Assembly: GCA_002269645.1 (NCBI GenBank)
Contig: NIVC01000621.1
Coordinates: forward strand, 186,001 to 250,000
Source of the DNA: Macrostomum lignano
Taxonomy: Eukaryota
Direction of reading: 5' to 3'
Length of the DNA: 64,000 nucleotides
The translations under genes and the position numbers were made by a program. The notes under the pieces were generated by a model. That model saw only the letters and a list, made by a program, of their open reading frames with translations, was not told the origin of the DNA and searched no databases. Below are positions 35,410-48,101 of this stretch, piece after piece. Each line of letters begins with the position of its first letter. The stretch's first letter is position 1.

Positions 35410-37735
35410 GAGAAGCGAGACCAAACAGCGGAGCAGCAGGCAGGGCAGCAGCCGCAGCTGCCCAGCTACACAGATGCGGTGAAGCCGGCCTACCCGTCGG
35501 TGCAGTACGCACCTGTGGCCACTGGCGACTCGGGTCAGCCGCCTTTCACCGGTGGCGGGGGCTACGCCCACTCTCGTCCCGAAGGTCGCGACGCCGTGGC
35601 CATCATTGAAGGCGGCGGAGGTGTCGGCGGCGGTTTTGAGGCTGGGCCCAGCTTCTCTGATCCCGCCATGCGACGTGGCTTCATCACCAGGGTGTACGCT
35701 GTGCTGATGCTGCAGCTGCTGGTTACCGGTATTGTAGTGTCCGTGTTCACCTTTAGGTGAGTTTTGAGTTCAGCGTATTCATTTTGAGTCTGATTAGATC
35801 CAATCGACATATTCTACGAGTACAGATTCGTGATTTCAAAGTCGTGCGACTCAGAACCTACAGTCTTGATACTCAAAATCTACAGTCTTGATGCTCAAAA
35901 TCTAGAGTCTTGCTACTCAATATCTGCAGTCTTGATGCTCAAAATCTACAGTCTTGATGCTCAAAATCTACAGTCTTGATGCTCAAAATCTACAGTCTTG
36001 ATGCTCAAAATCTACAGTCTTGATGCTCAAAATCTGCAGTCTAGATGCTCAAAATCTACAGTCTTGATGCTCAAAATCTACAGTCTTGATGCTCAAAATC
36101 TACAGTCTTGATGCTCAAAATCTACAGTCTTGATGCTCAAAATCTGCAGTCTTGATGCTCAAAATCTGCAGTCTTGATGCTCAAAATCTGCAGTCTTGAT
36201 GCTAAAAATCTACAGTCTTGATGCTCAAAACTACACCTTTTCGTCTACAAAAATGCCTGCTAAAATCTAACTAAGATATATGATTTATCTAACTATACAC
36301 AGCCCATTACCAATCCACACTCCAGCGAGTCCGTGAAGAAATGGGTGCACACGAACCTTCTATTCTACTACATTTCATTCGGCTTGTTCATAGTAGTGTA
36401 CCTGGTGATAATGTGCTGCAAGTCTGTGCGGCGCCGGTTCCCCTGCAATATGATCTGTCTGTCGATTTTCACTCTGGCTTTCTCCTACATGACGGGCTGT
36501 ATCGCTTCGTTCTACAATACCCAAGGCGTTCTGATTGCCATGGGAATATGCTCCATCATCTGCATCGCTATTAGCATCTTTGCCGTGCAGACTAAGGTGA
36601 ATAAAATTGTTTAATTGTTTGAAATTTGACGTATATTTGTTGCATGTGTTGGGTCATCTGTGATACCTGTCCTAAGTCACCTGTGATACCTGTCCTAGGT
36701 CACCTGTAATACCTGTCCTAGGTCACCTGTAATACCTGTCCTAAGTCATCTGTGATACCTGTTTTAAGTCACCTGTGATACCTGTCCTAGGTCACCTGTA
36801 ATACCTGTCCTAGGTCACCTGTAATACCTGTCCTAAGTCATCTGTGATACCTGTCCTAAGTCACTTGTGATACCTGTCCTAGGTCACCTGTAATACTTGT
36901 CCTAGGTCACCTGTGATACCTGTCCTAAGTCACCTGTGATACCTGTCCTAAGTCACCTGTAATACCTGTCCTAAGTCACCTGTGATACCTGTCCTAAGTC
37001 ACCTGTGATACCTGTCCTAGGTCACCTGTAATACCTGTCCTAAGTCACCTGTAGTACCTGTCCTAGGTCACCTGTAATACCTGTCCTAGGTCACCTGTGA
37101 TACCTGTCCTAGGTCACCTGTAATACCTGTCCTAGGTCATTTGTAATACCTGTCCTAGGTCATCTGTGATACCTGTCCTAGGTCACCTGTAATTACCTGT
37201 CATTGCTCGATTCCAAATGAAATCGCATTAATTTGAGGCTAAATTGGAATCTCGGCTTTGCTCTGCTCGTGCAATTAACGGCCTGGAAGGCCAACCCCCC
37301 CAAAGCACAGTGAAGTGTACATGTCTAACAATAAATAAAGTTAGGGCCGCTGCGTATGACTGCTCAGGGGAGTCGGCGGAATGGGCCAAACCCCTGCAAA
37401 CAAACAAACAATTAAAATCGGCCCGCACCCCAACACAGATCGATTTCACCATGTGCTCCGGCCTAATCCTAGTGATCTCGCTAGTCTTCATCCTGTTCGC
37501 CCTGGCCTGCTCAATCTCCTACGCCGTGGTTGGAGCCAGTCGCCTACTTGACTGCGTCTACGGGGGCGTTGGCGCCCTGGTGTTCTCCATTTTTCTTGTC
37601 TACGACACCCAGCAGGTGGTTGGCGGCCGCAAGTACGAGCTGAGCCCCGAGGAATACGTGTCCGGAGCGATGCAGCTGTACTTGGATGTTGTCTACATCT
37701 TTATCTACCTGCTGCCGCTGGGTAGTAGCAATTGA
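35410..37735 (+). CDS. Second Lifeguard/TMBIM paralog; exons 35410-35756, 36326-36596, 37439-37735; start codon not resolved
   Basis: EKRDQ...MRRGFITRVYAVLMLQLLVT...VFTF|SESVKKWV...RRRFPCN...FAVQTK|IDFTMCSG...LVYDTQ...EEYVSGAMQLYLDVV...*. GT-AG introns in phases 2 and 0 keep the frame. Confidence 0.9.
35850..36235. repeat. 22-bp minisatellite (ctcaaaatctacagtcttgatg) in a Lifeguard-2 intron
   Basis: Visible tandem copies. Confidence 0.95.
36655..37200. repeat. 23-bp minisatellite (gtcacctgtgatacctgtcctag) in a Lifeguard-2 intron
   Basis: Visible tandem copies. Confidence 0.95.
37215..37405 (+). mobile_element. Headless fragment of the SINE family seen at 10342
   Basis: Shares cattaatttg, gtgcaattaac, ggccaacccc, ataaataaagttaggg, tgcgtatgactgc and tgctcaggggagtcggc with 10410-10640. 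Confidence 0.7.
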
Positions 37736-37844
37736 TCTAGGCTGAAGATGGAACATTCGAAATCGATTGGAACAGAGGCTAAGAGTAGATCTGTTTTGTT
37801 AATTTTTATGTGTACTTTTTGTTAAAAAACTTTTTTTAGACTTG

Positions 37845-39340
37845 CTGCCATATTTAGCATCCGGTTTGGCGCCATATTTAGCTAATATTTGGCACCATAT
37901 TTAGCATCCGGTTTGGCACCATATTTAGCATCCGGTTTGGCGCCATATTCAGCATAATATTTGGCACCATATTTAGCATCCGGTTTGGCGCCATATTTAG
38001 CATCCGGTTTGGCACCATATTTAGCATCCGGTTTGGCGCCATATTTAGCATCCGGTTTGGCGCCATATTCAGCATAATATTTGGCACCATATTTAGCATC
38101 CGGTTTGGCGCCATATTTAGCATCCGGTTTGGCACCATATTTAGCATAATATTTGGCGCCATATTTAGCTAATATTTAGCACCATATTTAGCATCTGGTT
38201 TGGCGCCATATTTAGCTAACATTTGGCATCCATTTTGGCGCCATATTTAGCATCCAGTTTGACGCCATATTTAGCATCCATTTTGGCGCCATATTTGGCA
38301 TCATGTTTGGCACCATATTTAGCATCCATTTTGGCGCCATATTTAGCATCCGGTTTGGCGCCATATTTAGCATCCGGTTTGGCACCATATTTAGCATCCG
38401 GTTTGGCGCCATATTTAGCATCCGGTTTGGCACCATATTTAGCATCCGGTTTGGCGCCATATTTAGCATAATATTTGGCACCATATTTAGCATAATGTTT
38501 GGCACCATATTTAGCATCCGGTTTGGCGCCATATTTAGCATCCGGTTTGGCACCATATTTAGCATAATATTTGGCGCCATATTTAACATTCTATTTGGCG
38601 CCATATTTAGCATAATATTTGGCACCATATTTAGCATTCTATTTAGTGCCATATTTAGCATAATATTTGGCACCATATTTAGCATTCTATTTAGTGCCAT
38701 ATTTAGCATAATATTTGGCACCATATTTAGCACACGGTTTGGCGCCATATTTAGCATAATGTTTGGCGCCATATTTAGCATAATATTTGGCACCATATTT
38801 AGCATCCGATTTGGCACCATATTTAGCATCCGATTTGGCACCATATTTAGCATCCGATTTGGCGCCATATTTAGCATTCTATTTAGTGCCATATTTAGCA
38901 TAATATTTGGCACCATTTTAGCACACGGTTTGGCGCCATATTTAGCATAATATTTGGCACCATATTTAGCATAATGTGTGGCGCCATATTTAGCACACGG
39001 TTTGGCGCCATATTTAGCATAATGTTTGGCGCCATATTTAGCATAATATTTGGCGCCATATTTAGCATAATGTTTGGCGCCATATTTAGCATAATATTTG
39101 GCGCCATATTTAGCATCCTGTTTGGCGCCATATTTAGCATCCGGTTTGGCGCCATATTTAGCATAATGTTTGGCGCCATATTTAGCATAATATTTGGCGC
39201 CATATTTAGCATAATATTTGGCACCATATTTAGCATAATATTTGACGCCATATTTAGCATCCTGTTTGGCGCCATATTTAGCATCCTGTTTGGCGCCATA
39301 TTTAGCATAATGTTTGGCGCCATATTTAGCATCCGGTTTG
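37845..39340. repeat. 24-bp minisatellite (ggcgccatatttagcatccggttt) 3' of Lifeguard-2
   Basis: ~60 tandem copies with several spacer-side variants; source of the MLNMAPNR-type spurious ORFs. Confidence 0.97.
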
Positions 39341-40221
39341 GTCAATTAAAAAATGCGCCCCAATGGAGCCGATTTTTAGCCAGGGTATTTTTGCTGGGTT
39401 TTTGGCATTGCAATGTACAACCTGAGAACAATTGAGTCAATTTTTTCCTGTATTTTTATATAGAAATAGTCGTGAACCAGTTCTAGTCTAAAGTTGTCTC
39501 TTATTTTGCTGAACTACTCTTAGTAGTTCCAGAGCTTTTCGCGTTTTTTTGTGAGCGCTGCTTTTTAACTTTTGTTTTGTTCCAAAATTTACGAAGGGAA
39601 AAATTATTGTCACCAATCAGGTTTTTTAATACTGCCGATTTGAATTTAAATCTATAAAAAATTATGACAGTTCTCTATAAATGCTGTTTTACTGCTTTTT
39701 CGTATTTAATAACGTAATTTAAATGTTAGACCTACATTGTCTTGTACCAACTGTTTAGAATGAGTTTATTAAGTCTTTAACAGCTTATGTCTGTGTTGTC
39801 TAAATATTATCATATTAATAGTATAGTAATGAGCTTTCCACACGGTTAACTATCAAAATAATTGCATGTTGAAACAGTACACTTAGCAAATTTTTTTTGT
39901 CTGTGGTATGAAAGTCCGAGATACTTGCAATTTTTTAAAAACAGCTTTTCTGTCAATAAATATTTATATTTTTTTTGATATTTTGAAAACATTTAATACT
40001 TTTATTATAACCGAGGTTTTTTGTTATTCACTGATTCGATTTATTCTTTTTTATCTGTTAAAAAATCTATTTATATAAGCAAGCAATGCTATTCGGCATA
40101 TTTTAATATTAATGTTGTTTCTATAAAGTTTTTCTTTTTAAATTTATTTCTGTTTGTATGCAAGGAGGCAGTTTCATATGTCAAAGAAGTCAATGGCTTT
40201 TTATAGGCACTTTTGAAACCT

Positions 40222-41295
40222 AAGTCTGTCCTCAGGTCACTCAGTGTCTGTCCTCAGGTCACTCAGTGTCTGTCCTCAGGTCACTCAGTGTCTGTACTCA
40301 GGTCAGCTCAGTGTCTGTCCTCAGGTCACTCAGTGTCTGTCCTCAGGTCACTCAGTGTCTGTCCTCAGGTCAGCTCAGTGTCTGTACTCAGGTCAGCTCA
40401 GTGTCTGTACTCAGGTCAGCTCAGTGTCTGTACTCAGGTCAGCTCAGTGTCTGTACTCAGGTCAGCTCAGTGTCTGTACTCAGGTCAGCTCAGTGTCTGT
40501 CCTCAGGTCACTCAGTGTCTGTCCTCAGGTCACTCAGTGTCTGTCCTCAGGTCACTCAGTGTCTGTCCTCAGGTCACTCAGTGTCTGTACTCAGGTCACT
40601 CAGTGTCTGTCCTCAGGTCACTCAGTGTCTGTCCTCAGGTCACTCAGTGTCTGTACTCAGGTCACTCAGTGTCTGTCCTCAGGTCACTCAGTGTCTGTCC
40701 TCAGGTCACTCAGTGTCTGTCCTAAGGTCAGCTCAGTGTCTGTACTCAGGTCACCGAAAGTGTCTCTAGGCCACCGGAAGGTTGTCTGTAGGTCACCGGA
40801 AGTGTCTCCCTAAGTCACCGGAAGAGTCTCCATAGGTTACCGGAAGTGTATCCCTAAGTCGCCGGAAGTGTCTCCCTAGTTCACCGGGAGTGTCTCCCTA
40901 AGTCACTGGAAAGTGTCCCTCTAGGTTACCGGAAAGTGTCTCTCTAGGTCACCGGATGTGTCTCCCAAGGTCACCGGATGTGTCTCCCTAGGTCACCGGA
41001 AGTGTCTCCTTAGATTACCGGAAGTGTCTCCCTAGGTCACTGGAAGTGTCTCCCTAGGTCACTGGAAGTGTCTCCCTAGGTCACTGGAAGTGTCTCCCTA
41101 GGTCACTAGAAGTGTCTCCCTAGGTCACTGGAAGTGTCTCCCTAGGTCACTGGAAGTGTCTCCCTAGTTCACTGGAAGTGTCTCCCTAGGTCACTAGAAG
41201 TGTCTCCCTAGGTCACCGGAAGTGTCTCCCTAAGTCACCGAAAGTGTCTCCCTAGGTCACCGGAAGTGTCTCCCTAGGTCACCGGAAGTGTCATT
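40222..41295. repeat. Two adjoining related 22-bp minisatellites (ctcaggtcactcagtgtctgtc to ~40755, then tcaccggaagtgtctccctagg) directly upstream of the KANSL2-like gene
   Basis: Both share a ggtcac...gtgtct frame; the array ends ~45 bp before the acceptor ccgcag at 41344. Confidence 0.93.
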
Positions 41296-41357
41296 AATTG
41301 AATCGCCATAAAGCCACTGTAGCACTAATCCCCCCAACCCGCAGTGAATGCTCTCGC

Positions 41358-44248
41358 ATGCAGCAAGACTCGCCAACAAAAACTTCAATTTCGTCGGCGT
41401 CAGCGGCGGCGGCGGCAACGGCAGCGCGAACTCAAACGACGCACAGGCAAGTTGGCGCCGGTCCGCAGCCGCCGCCGGAGCCGCTGTGCCAGCACTCGCT
41501 GGGTCAGTGCACCAATTTGCGCTATCCAGGCCACACCGTGTGCGCCAGGCACCTGGCTACCACGGCGCCTTACACCCAGTCCGACCAAGCCAGTCTCAAT
41601 CAGACCCCCTTGCAATTCTGCCAATACCAGACTAATTCCAATGCGCAATCGATTCGTTGCGGCGAAGTTGTTGAACGACCGAAACGATTTTGTCATCAGC
41701 ACGAGCCCGACCCTCTGCCTGAGCCGTCGCTTGGATTGCCAGCTCAGCTGGGCCCCGATGCGGCACTGCAGGAGCTGCTAAATTCTGTCAGCTCATTGCA
41801 GAATAAACCGCCAGAAAAATATTGCTTTGCCGACGCGTTCCAGGTGCGTGCGTGTCTGTTGTGTTTGAATTGGTGCCATCTTTGTCATCTGATTAGAGCC
41901 ATATGTAGCATCCTGTTTGGCGCCATATTTAGAATCCAGTTTGGCGCCATATTTAGCATCCTGTTTGGCGCCATATTTAGCATCCAGTTTAGCGCCATAT
42001 TTAGCATCCAGTTTAGCGCCATATGTAGCATCCAGTTTAGCGCCATATGTAGCATCCTGTTTGGCGCCATATTTAGCATCCAGTTTGGCGCCATATTTAG
42101 CATCCAGTTTGGGGCCATCTTTAGCGTCCTGCTTGGCACCAGATTAAGCATCCAGTTTGGCGCCATATTAAACCCTGATTTGGCGCCATATCTTAAAAAT
42201 AGCTCGGAGTCAAATTCTGAGCTCAGTTTAGCGCCATTTTCAGCATTTTCTTCGAATACCCAGCATTTTTTTGCGCCACATTTAGCACAAAGTTTGGCGC
42301 CAAGTGAGCCCATCAGTTTGGCGTCAGATTTCTGCCTCTAGCCCTTTTTTAGCTGGCTAATTAGCGCCAAAATATACTACTGCTGTCATTCTCAGGTGAG
42401 CAAATTTGTCCGGGCCAAAGTGTCCGAGCCGAATCCTCACCGTGTCCGAGATCGAATGTCCGAATGCGCCAGCGACACCGACTCGTCACTGTCCGACGAT
42501 CCGTCCGACTCGGAAGAATCGACATTCCCCAGCACTGCGGAAGTGTTCACCCGCACAGAGGTGGTCAGAGCGGCCAGGTGCAAATTGCAAGCATTGAAAA
42601 CTGCTTACGAAGATGAGGTGCTCCGATTGCAGAGGGAGCTGCGCCAGGGCTACGAGAAGTTCGTGTCCAGCGGCGGGGCCAGCGCTGTTGGCGGCAGTTC
42701 CGCGTCTTCGTCGACTCCTGGCGGTGTCGCTTCTTCGATTGCTTCTTCGTCTTTGAGAAGAAGCGCCTACGAGCAGTGTCAGGTAAAGGACTGCCGATAT
42801 GTAGCAAAAATTATTTTGCTTTTTATTGTTTTTGTTTGCCGCACCATTTACATATTATTTGGCTCCATCTATGACATCTGATTTGGCGCCATCTGTGACA
42901 TACAATTTGGCGCCATCTGTGACATCTGATTTGGCGCCATCTGTGACATACAATTTGGCGCCATCTGTGACATACAATTTGGCGCCATCTGTGGCAGCTG
43001 ATTTGGCGCCATCTGTGACATCTGATGTGGCGCCATCTATGAAATCTGATTTGGCGCCATCTGTGACATACAATTTGGCGCCATCTGTGACATCCAATTT
43101 GGCGCCATCTGTGACATACAATTTAGCGCCATCTGTGGCAGCTGATTTGGCGCCATCTGTGACATCTGATGTGGCGCCATCTATGAAATCTGATTTGGCG
43201 CCATCTGTGACATGCAATTTGGCGCCATCTGTGACATACAATTTGGCGCCATCTGTGACATCTGATGTGGCGCCATCTATGAAATCTGATTTGGCGCCAT
43301 CTGTGACATGAAATTTGGCGCCATCTGTGACATACAATTTGGCGCCATCTGTGACATACAATTTGGCGCCATCTATGAAATCTGATTTGGCGCCATCTGT
43401 GACATACAATTTGGCGCCATCTGTGACATGCAATTTGGCGCCATCTGTGACATACAATTTGGCGCCATCTGTGACACACAATTTGGCGCCATCTGTGACA
43501 TACAATTTGGCGCCATCTGTGACACACAATTTGGCGCCATCTGTGACATACAATTTGGCGCCATCTGTGACACAATTTGGCGCCATCTGTGACATACAAT
43601 TTGGCGCCATCTGTGACACAATTTGGCGCCATCTGTGACATACAATTTGGCGCCATTTATGGCTTCTATTTTGGCGCCTTTTGTCATCCTGTTGGACCGC
43701 CTGACGTCCAATTGAGCTGACTGGCACCAAGTAGAGAAGTAGCGCACGGACTAGATCTTCATATTGGTTGATCTACACTATATACATGTATTATATTAAG
43801 TAGAAACAATATATAATGATCACATCCCTCCACCCAGGTGCTAACCGGCACAGACAAATGGCTGCGCCACCGCGCCACCGAGCGGCGCTACTATGCCGCC
43901 TACATTGAGCAGATGAAACCGCCGTCAACTAGGCGCTGCTCTTATAGCGGCCCGCCATCCAAGTGCTACGAACGGGCTCTGCCTTTGTCATCTTACTGTT
44001 TGAATCACGTGCTGTCCGAGCCTAATCAGTGCTTATTTAGGGCCTGCACTCAGGCTGGCTGCACTAAACCTGTGATTCGATTTGAAAGTTCGGGCCGATG
44101 CGATCTGCATAGGGGAGCGGAGCACTATGAATTGCCTGATGATCTGCTGCAGTCGGCATTGGACAGTGCGAACAAAGTGGCTAAGCCGCAGGTGGGTGCA
44201 GGGCTTGCTTACAGACAGACAGACAGGCAGGCAGACAGACAGACAAGC

Positions 44249-44283
<35 letters not shown>

Positions 44284-44519
44284 CAGACAGACAGGCAGAC
44301 AGACAAGCAGGCAGACAGACAGGCAGACAGACAGACAGACAGACAGACAAGCAGACAGACAGACAAGCAGACAGACAGACAGAAAAGCAGACAGACAGAC
44401 AAGCAGACAAACAGACAAGCAGACAGACAGACAAGCAGACAGACAGACAGAAAAGCAGACAGACAGACAGACAGACAGACAAGCAGACAGACAGACAAGC
44501 AGACAGACAGACAGAAAAG

Positions 44520-44551
<32 letters not shown>

Positions 44552-45882
44552 CAGCCAAGAGACAGACAGACAGGCAGCCACCCTATTCATTCATATCAAA
44601 TCCATCTCTTCTACATCAGGTCTTCCTACAATCGCCGTGTACCACACCTTCCAAGCATCCGAAGCCACACCATCAATTGCAAAAGCAGCCTCATCATCAG
44701 CAGCAACATAAACACCAACCAGCTTCATCGTCAGCGTCGGCTCAAGCTCAGTCTCATCAGTCTAATTTGCCTCCTCCGTCGCAATCTTCATCGGCAGAGT
44801 CGGCATCTGCAGCAGCAGCAGCAGCCGCTGCCGACCTCGATCTGGACGACGTCTCCGTACTGCCCAGCGTAGGCATGATGCTCTCATCCAGCGAAGTTGC
44901 CACCATTATGCGAGATGGAGCTTTTAACATCGACATATTTAGCCCTACTCATCTGAATGCTCTACTCCGAACTGGAGACGACGATGAAGTTAATCAGGAT
45001 GAGAAACCGACCGATCAGGATGAGAAACCGACCGATCAGGATGAGAAACCGACCGATCAGGATGAGAAACCGACCGATCAGGATGAGAAACCGACTGATC
45101 AGGATGAGAAACCGACTGATCAGGATGAGAAACCGACCGATCAGGATGAGAAAACGAATAATCGGGATGAGAAACCGACTGATCGGGATGAGAAACCGAC
45201 TGATCAGGATGAGAAACCGACTGATCGGGATGAGAAACCGACTGATCAGGATGAGAAACCGACTGATCGGGATGAGAAACCGACTGATCGGGATGAGAAA
45301 CCGACTGATCGGGATGAAGAACCAGTTAATCAGGATAAGAGTCCGTACAATCAGCATGACAGTTCAACTAATCAACACAAGATACCTGATAATTTAGAAA
45401 CTCGTTCCACAAAGCAGAAACCTATTTACTCGGAAGACTCTGTTGAGCACGCGTGGAAAGCTAGTACAGAAGGTAGCCAAGTATTCTGCGTCAAAGAGCC
45501 AGCGACAGCAATTAAAAAGGCGGAGATGACGCCATTCACTAATCATCACGAGTCTATGGACATCTGTTCTATTGTAACGGAACAAACAGCTGACGAAGTT
45601 GAGTGCAAGGAACCAGCAAAATCTCAAGAGTCTGTATACAATGAACAGACTAATGTCATAGCGGATGGTGCTGACTCTATCTCAGCTCAAGAATCCAATC
45701 TTCATCAATCGCAGCCAACATTGCGCGGTCGGAAACGTCTTCATTCGTCGACATCATCTGACAAAGAGGTTGAAGTCATTCAAGCTCTAATGATGCTTAC
45801 TGGTGCTTCAAGTGCTACCAGCGTATTAGCTTGCGATAAAGAGTGCGACACCGAATGTCAGGGTTCATCTACAAAGGACTAA
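41358..45882 (+). CDS. KANSL2: KANSL2/INO80D-family (zf-C3Hc3H) chromatin-complex subunit, ~829 aa; exons 41358-41843, 42396-42782, 43838-44191, 44620-45882
   Basis: N-terminal C/H cluster (CQHSLGQCTNLRYPGHTVCARH...CQY...RC...FCHQH), AEVFTRTEVVRAARCKLQALKTAYEDEVLRLQ helix, RHRATERR, and a second cluster (CSY...KCYERALPLSSYCLNHVL...CLFRAC...GCTKPV...CDLH). Three phase-0 GT-AG introns. KANSL2 versus INO80D is not settled. Confidence 0.78.
41890..42310. repeat. 24-bp minisatellite (ggcgccatatttagcatccagttt) in KANSL2-like intron 1
   Basis: Same unit family as 37845-39340. Confidence 0.92.
42870..43680. repeat. 24-bp minisatellite (ggcgccatctgtgacatacaattt) in KANSL2-like intron 2
   Basis: Shares the tttggcgccat core with the two arrays above. 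Confidence 0.95.
44212..44578. repeat. (CAGA)n microsatellite filling KANSL2-like intron 3
   Basis: cagacaga with caag/cagg interruptions. Confidence 0.97.
44995..45330 (+). repeat. Coding 21-bp minisatellite (gatcaggatgagaaaccgact; DQDEKPT/DRDEKPT x ~15) in the KANSL2-like last exon
   Basis: In-frame tandem repeat inside ORF 44677-45882. Confidence 0.9.
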
Positions 45883-46269
45883 ACTTATTAGCTTAATTAA
45901 GGAATACAGACTAAGCAGTAGTTGTTTCTGCGCCCAAATGTAAAGCAAATATGTTAAAACATAACAGCAAATGTTGATTTTGAATGAGTCAAATAAGTTT
46001 GGTACCGCCATGAGGCCTGGATTTAAGAAAGTGAGAAGACAAAGTTTAACTTTTTTTCGAGAATCCCATTTGCTTTAAACAAACAGTCTCATTGCACCAT
46101 TGAAAACGAATAACGAGACTTTAGTGCCTTCGATTAAAGTTTTCGCTTTGTTTGGACAGGCACATCAGAACGAGAATTTTGGTGGCGTTATATTTCTCAT
46201 TTCTGCAGAAGCTAATTGATTTGCAAAAAATGCTAAATTAAAATGGTTGAAACTGTATCCTGCATCTGT

Positions 46270-46381
<112 letters not shown>

Positions 46382-47364
46382 GGCGCCTCCAATCTCAGGC
46401 ACGGACGCGGTACATGTAAAAAGGACAAACAAGTCAAGTTGATTTAAGTTGCCGATATTTCGAATTAGGTAAATTCTTCGTCAGGGCAAGTGAAAAGAGA
46501 GAGAGAGAGGGGGGGATGAGAGGTTGCTGCTTACAGCCTCCTTTGTTCCGATGTATATGGCCGAATTATCAACTTTGTTGCCATTCTCCTTCTTCATATC
46601 AAATATGATTGTTCGAAACGTTTCGTATTAGTTTATTAAGATAATATTTTTCTATGGAATAGTGCCGCCTTTGCCCGTACAGCCCACCAAATTAAAGAAA
46701 TTTCGGACGTAGGGTTAATTGTTCTCGGTACTACTGCTAGCACGAGTAGTTATTGTGGCAGTTTGCATACACATGTAATAGATTTTGTATTTTTTTGTTA
46801 TTTGTTTACTTCTTTAAATTTTAATGTCTGTTAATATTAAATGTTAACTTGTCACTAACTGTATGATTCCTATACTAAACGGTATACTGCTTTGCTAAAT
46901 TTCTGGTAGTACAGTGCGTACTGTACATATACTACTTCTAGTTCAATTAAAATCAGTAGTGGCGAAGTGTATACATCGTGCTTGAAGCTGTATTGCCTGA
47001 ATTTGCTTTTAACAATGACCCACTCTCTGGTATGGTTTGGATTGGATTGGCTTTATCTACCTGCACACAAGTGGCCGTGCGTTGCAGCTAATTAATATTG
47101 CTATATTGAACCAAATTGTGTCACTTTTATGTACGAACTGGACTCTAAATCGCGTAATTCGTCGCTTGCATGGTAAATTGCTAGCGTACTGCAAAAAGTA
47201 TATTTCAAACATCCATCAGCAGTTTGTTTTTTATGTGATGAAAATTAACTTAAATTTTTACTCTTTCGATTCTTTAGGTTTAATAAGGATTAGCTCTGTA
47301 TCTCTAGAGTTTAATAATCAAAATTTTAAGTTTCTGGGCCGCCATTTAAAATCCAGATCCGCAG

Positions 47365-47785
47365 ATGCTGGGCCAGCCTCCCAGATCCTCATTTGCCGGG
47401 TCCGCCACCCAGAGCCTCAGTTACTGGGTCAGCCATCCAGATTCTCATTTGACGGGCCAGTCTCCCAGAGTGTCAGTTGCTGGGCCACCAGCCTCCCAGA
47501 TCCTCAGTTGCTGAGCCACCAGCCTCCCAGATCCTCAGTTGCTGGGCTAGCCTCCCAGATCCTCAGTTGCTGAGCCACCAGCCTCCCAGATCCTCAGTTA
47601 CTGGGTCAGCCATCCAGATTCTCATTTGACGGGCCAGTCTCCCAGAGTGTCAGTTGCTGGGCCACCAGCCTCCCAGATCCTCAGTTGCTGAGCCACCAGC
47701 CTCCCAGATCCTCAGTTGCTGGGCTAGCCTCCCAGATCCTCAGTTGCTGGGCCAGCCTCCCAGATCCTCAGTTACTGGGCTGAGC
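47365..47785. repeat. 28-bp-family minisatellite (cagcctcccagatcctcagttgctgg) upstream of GOLGA7
   Basis: Same unit as 34820-35345, with a ~155-bp block duplication. Confidence 0.9.
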
Positions 47786-48101
47786 ACTGGATCGTCAAAA
47801 TCTTGTCTCTCACCTGCCGCTCCTATGGTTGCAGTAAACAATGCAAATTTCTGCTTCCAGAAGAGACTGCTATTAGCGGCAAACATCAAAGGCTATTTTC
47901 TGATAGCGCAGGTTGCAATACCCATTTCCTGAGTCGCAGCCAAGATCACATTGTGCTTGCGCGACCCATTGGAAAGAAGTCAACCTGACAATTTATTTAA
48001 TTCAATAGCAAGTTTTAATATCTGTGTATAGTTTGAACTCTAGATAGGCATCTATCAATCTACAGAGGTAAAATTCCTTCATCAACTATAATCAATAATT
48101 C

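Noticed and set aside
37878-44711. Long ORFs such as MLNMAPNR..., VTDGAK..., SVCLSVCL..., SVLRSLSV...
   Set aside because: These are translations of stop-free minisatellites, open in several frames on both strands and located in introns or flanks.
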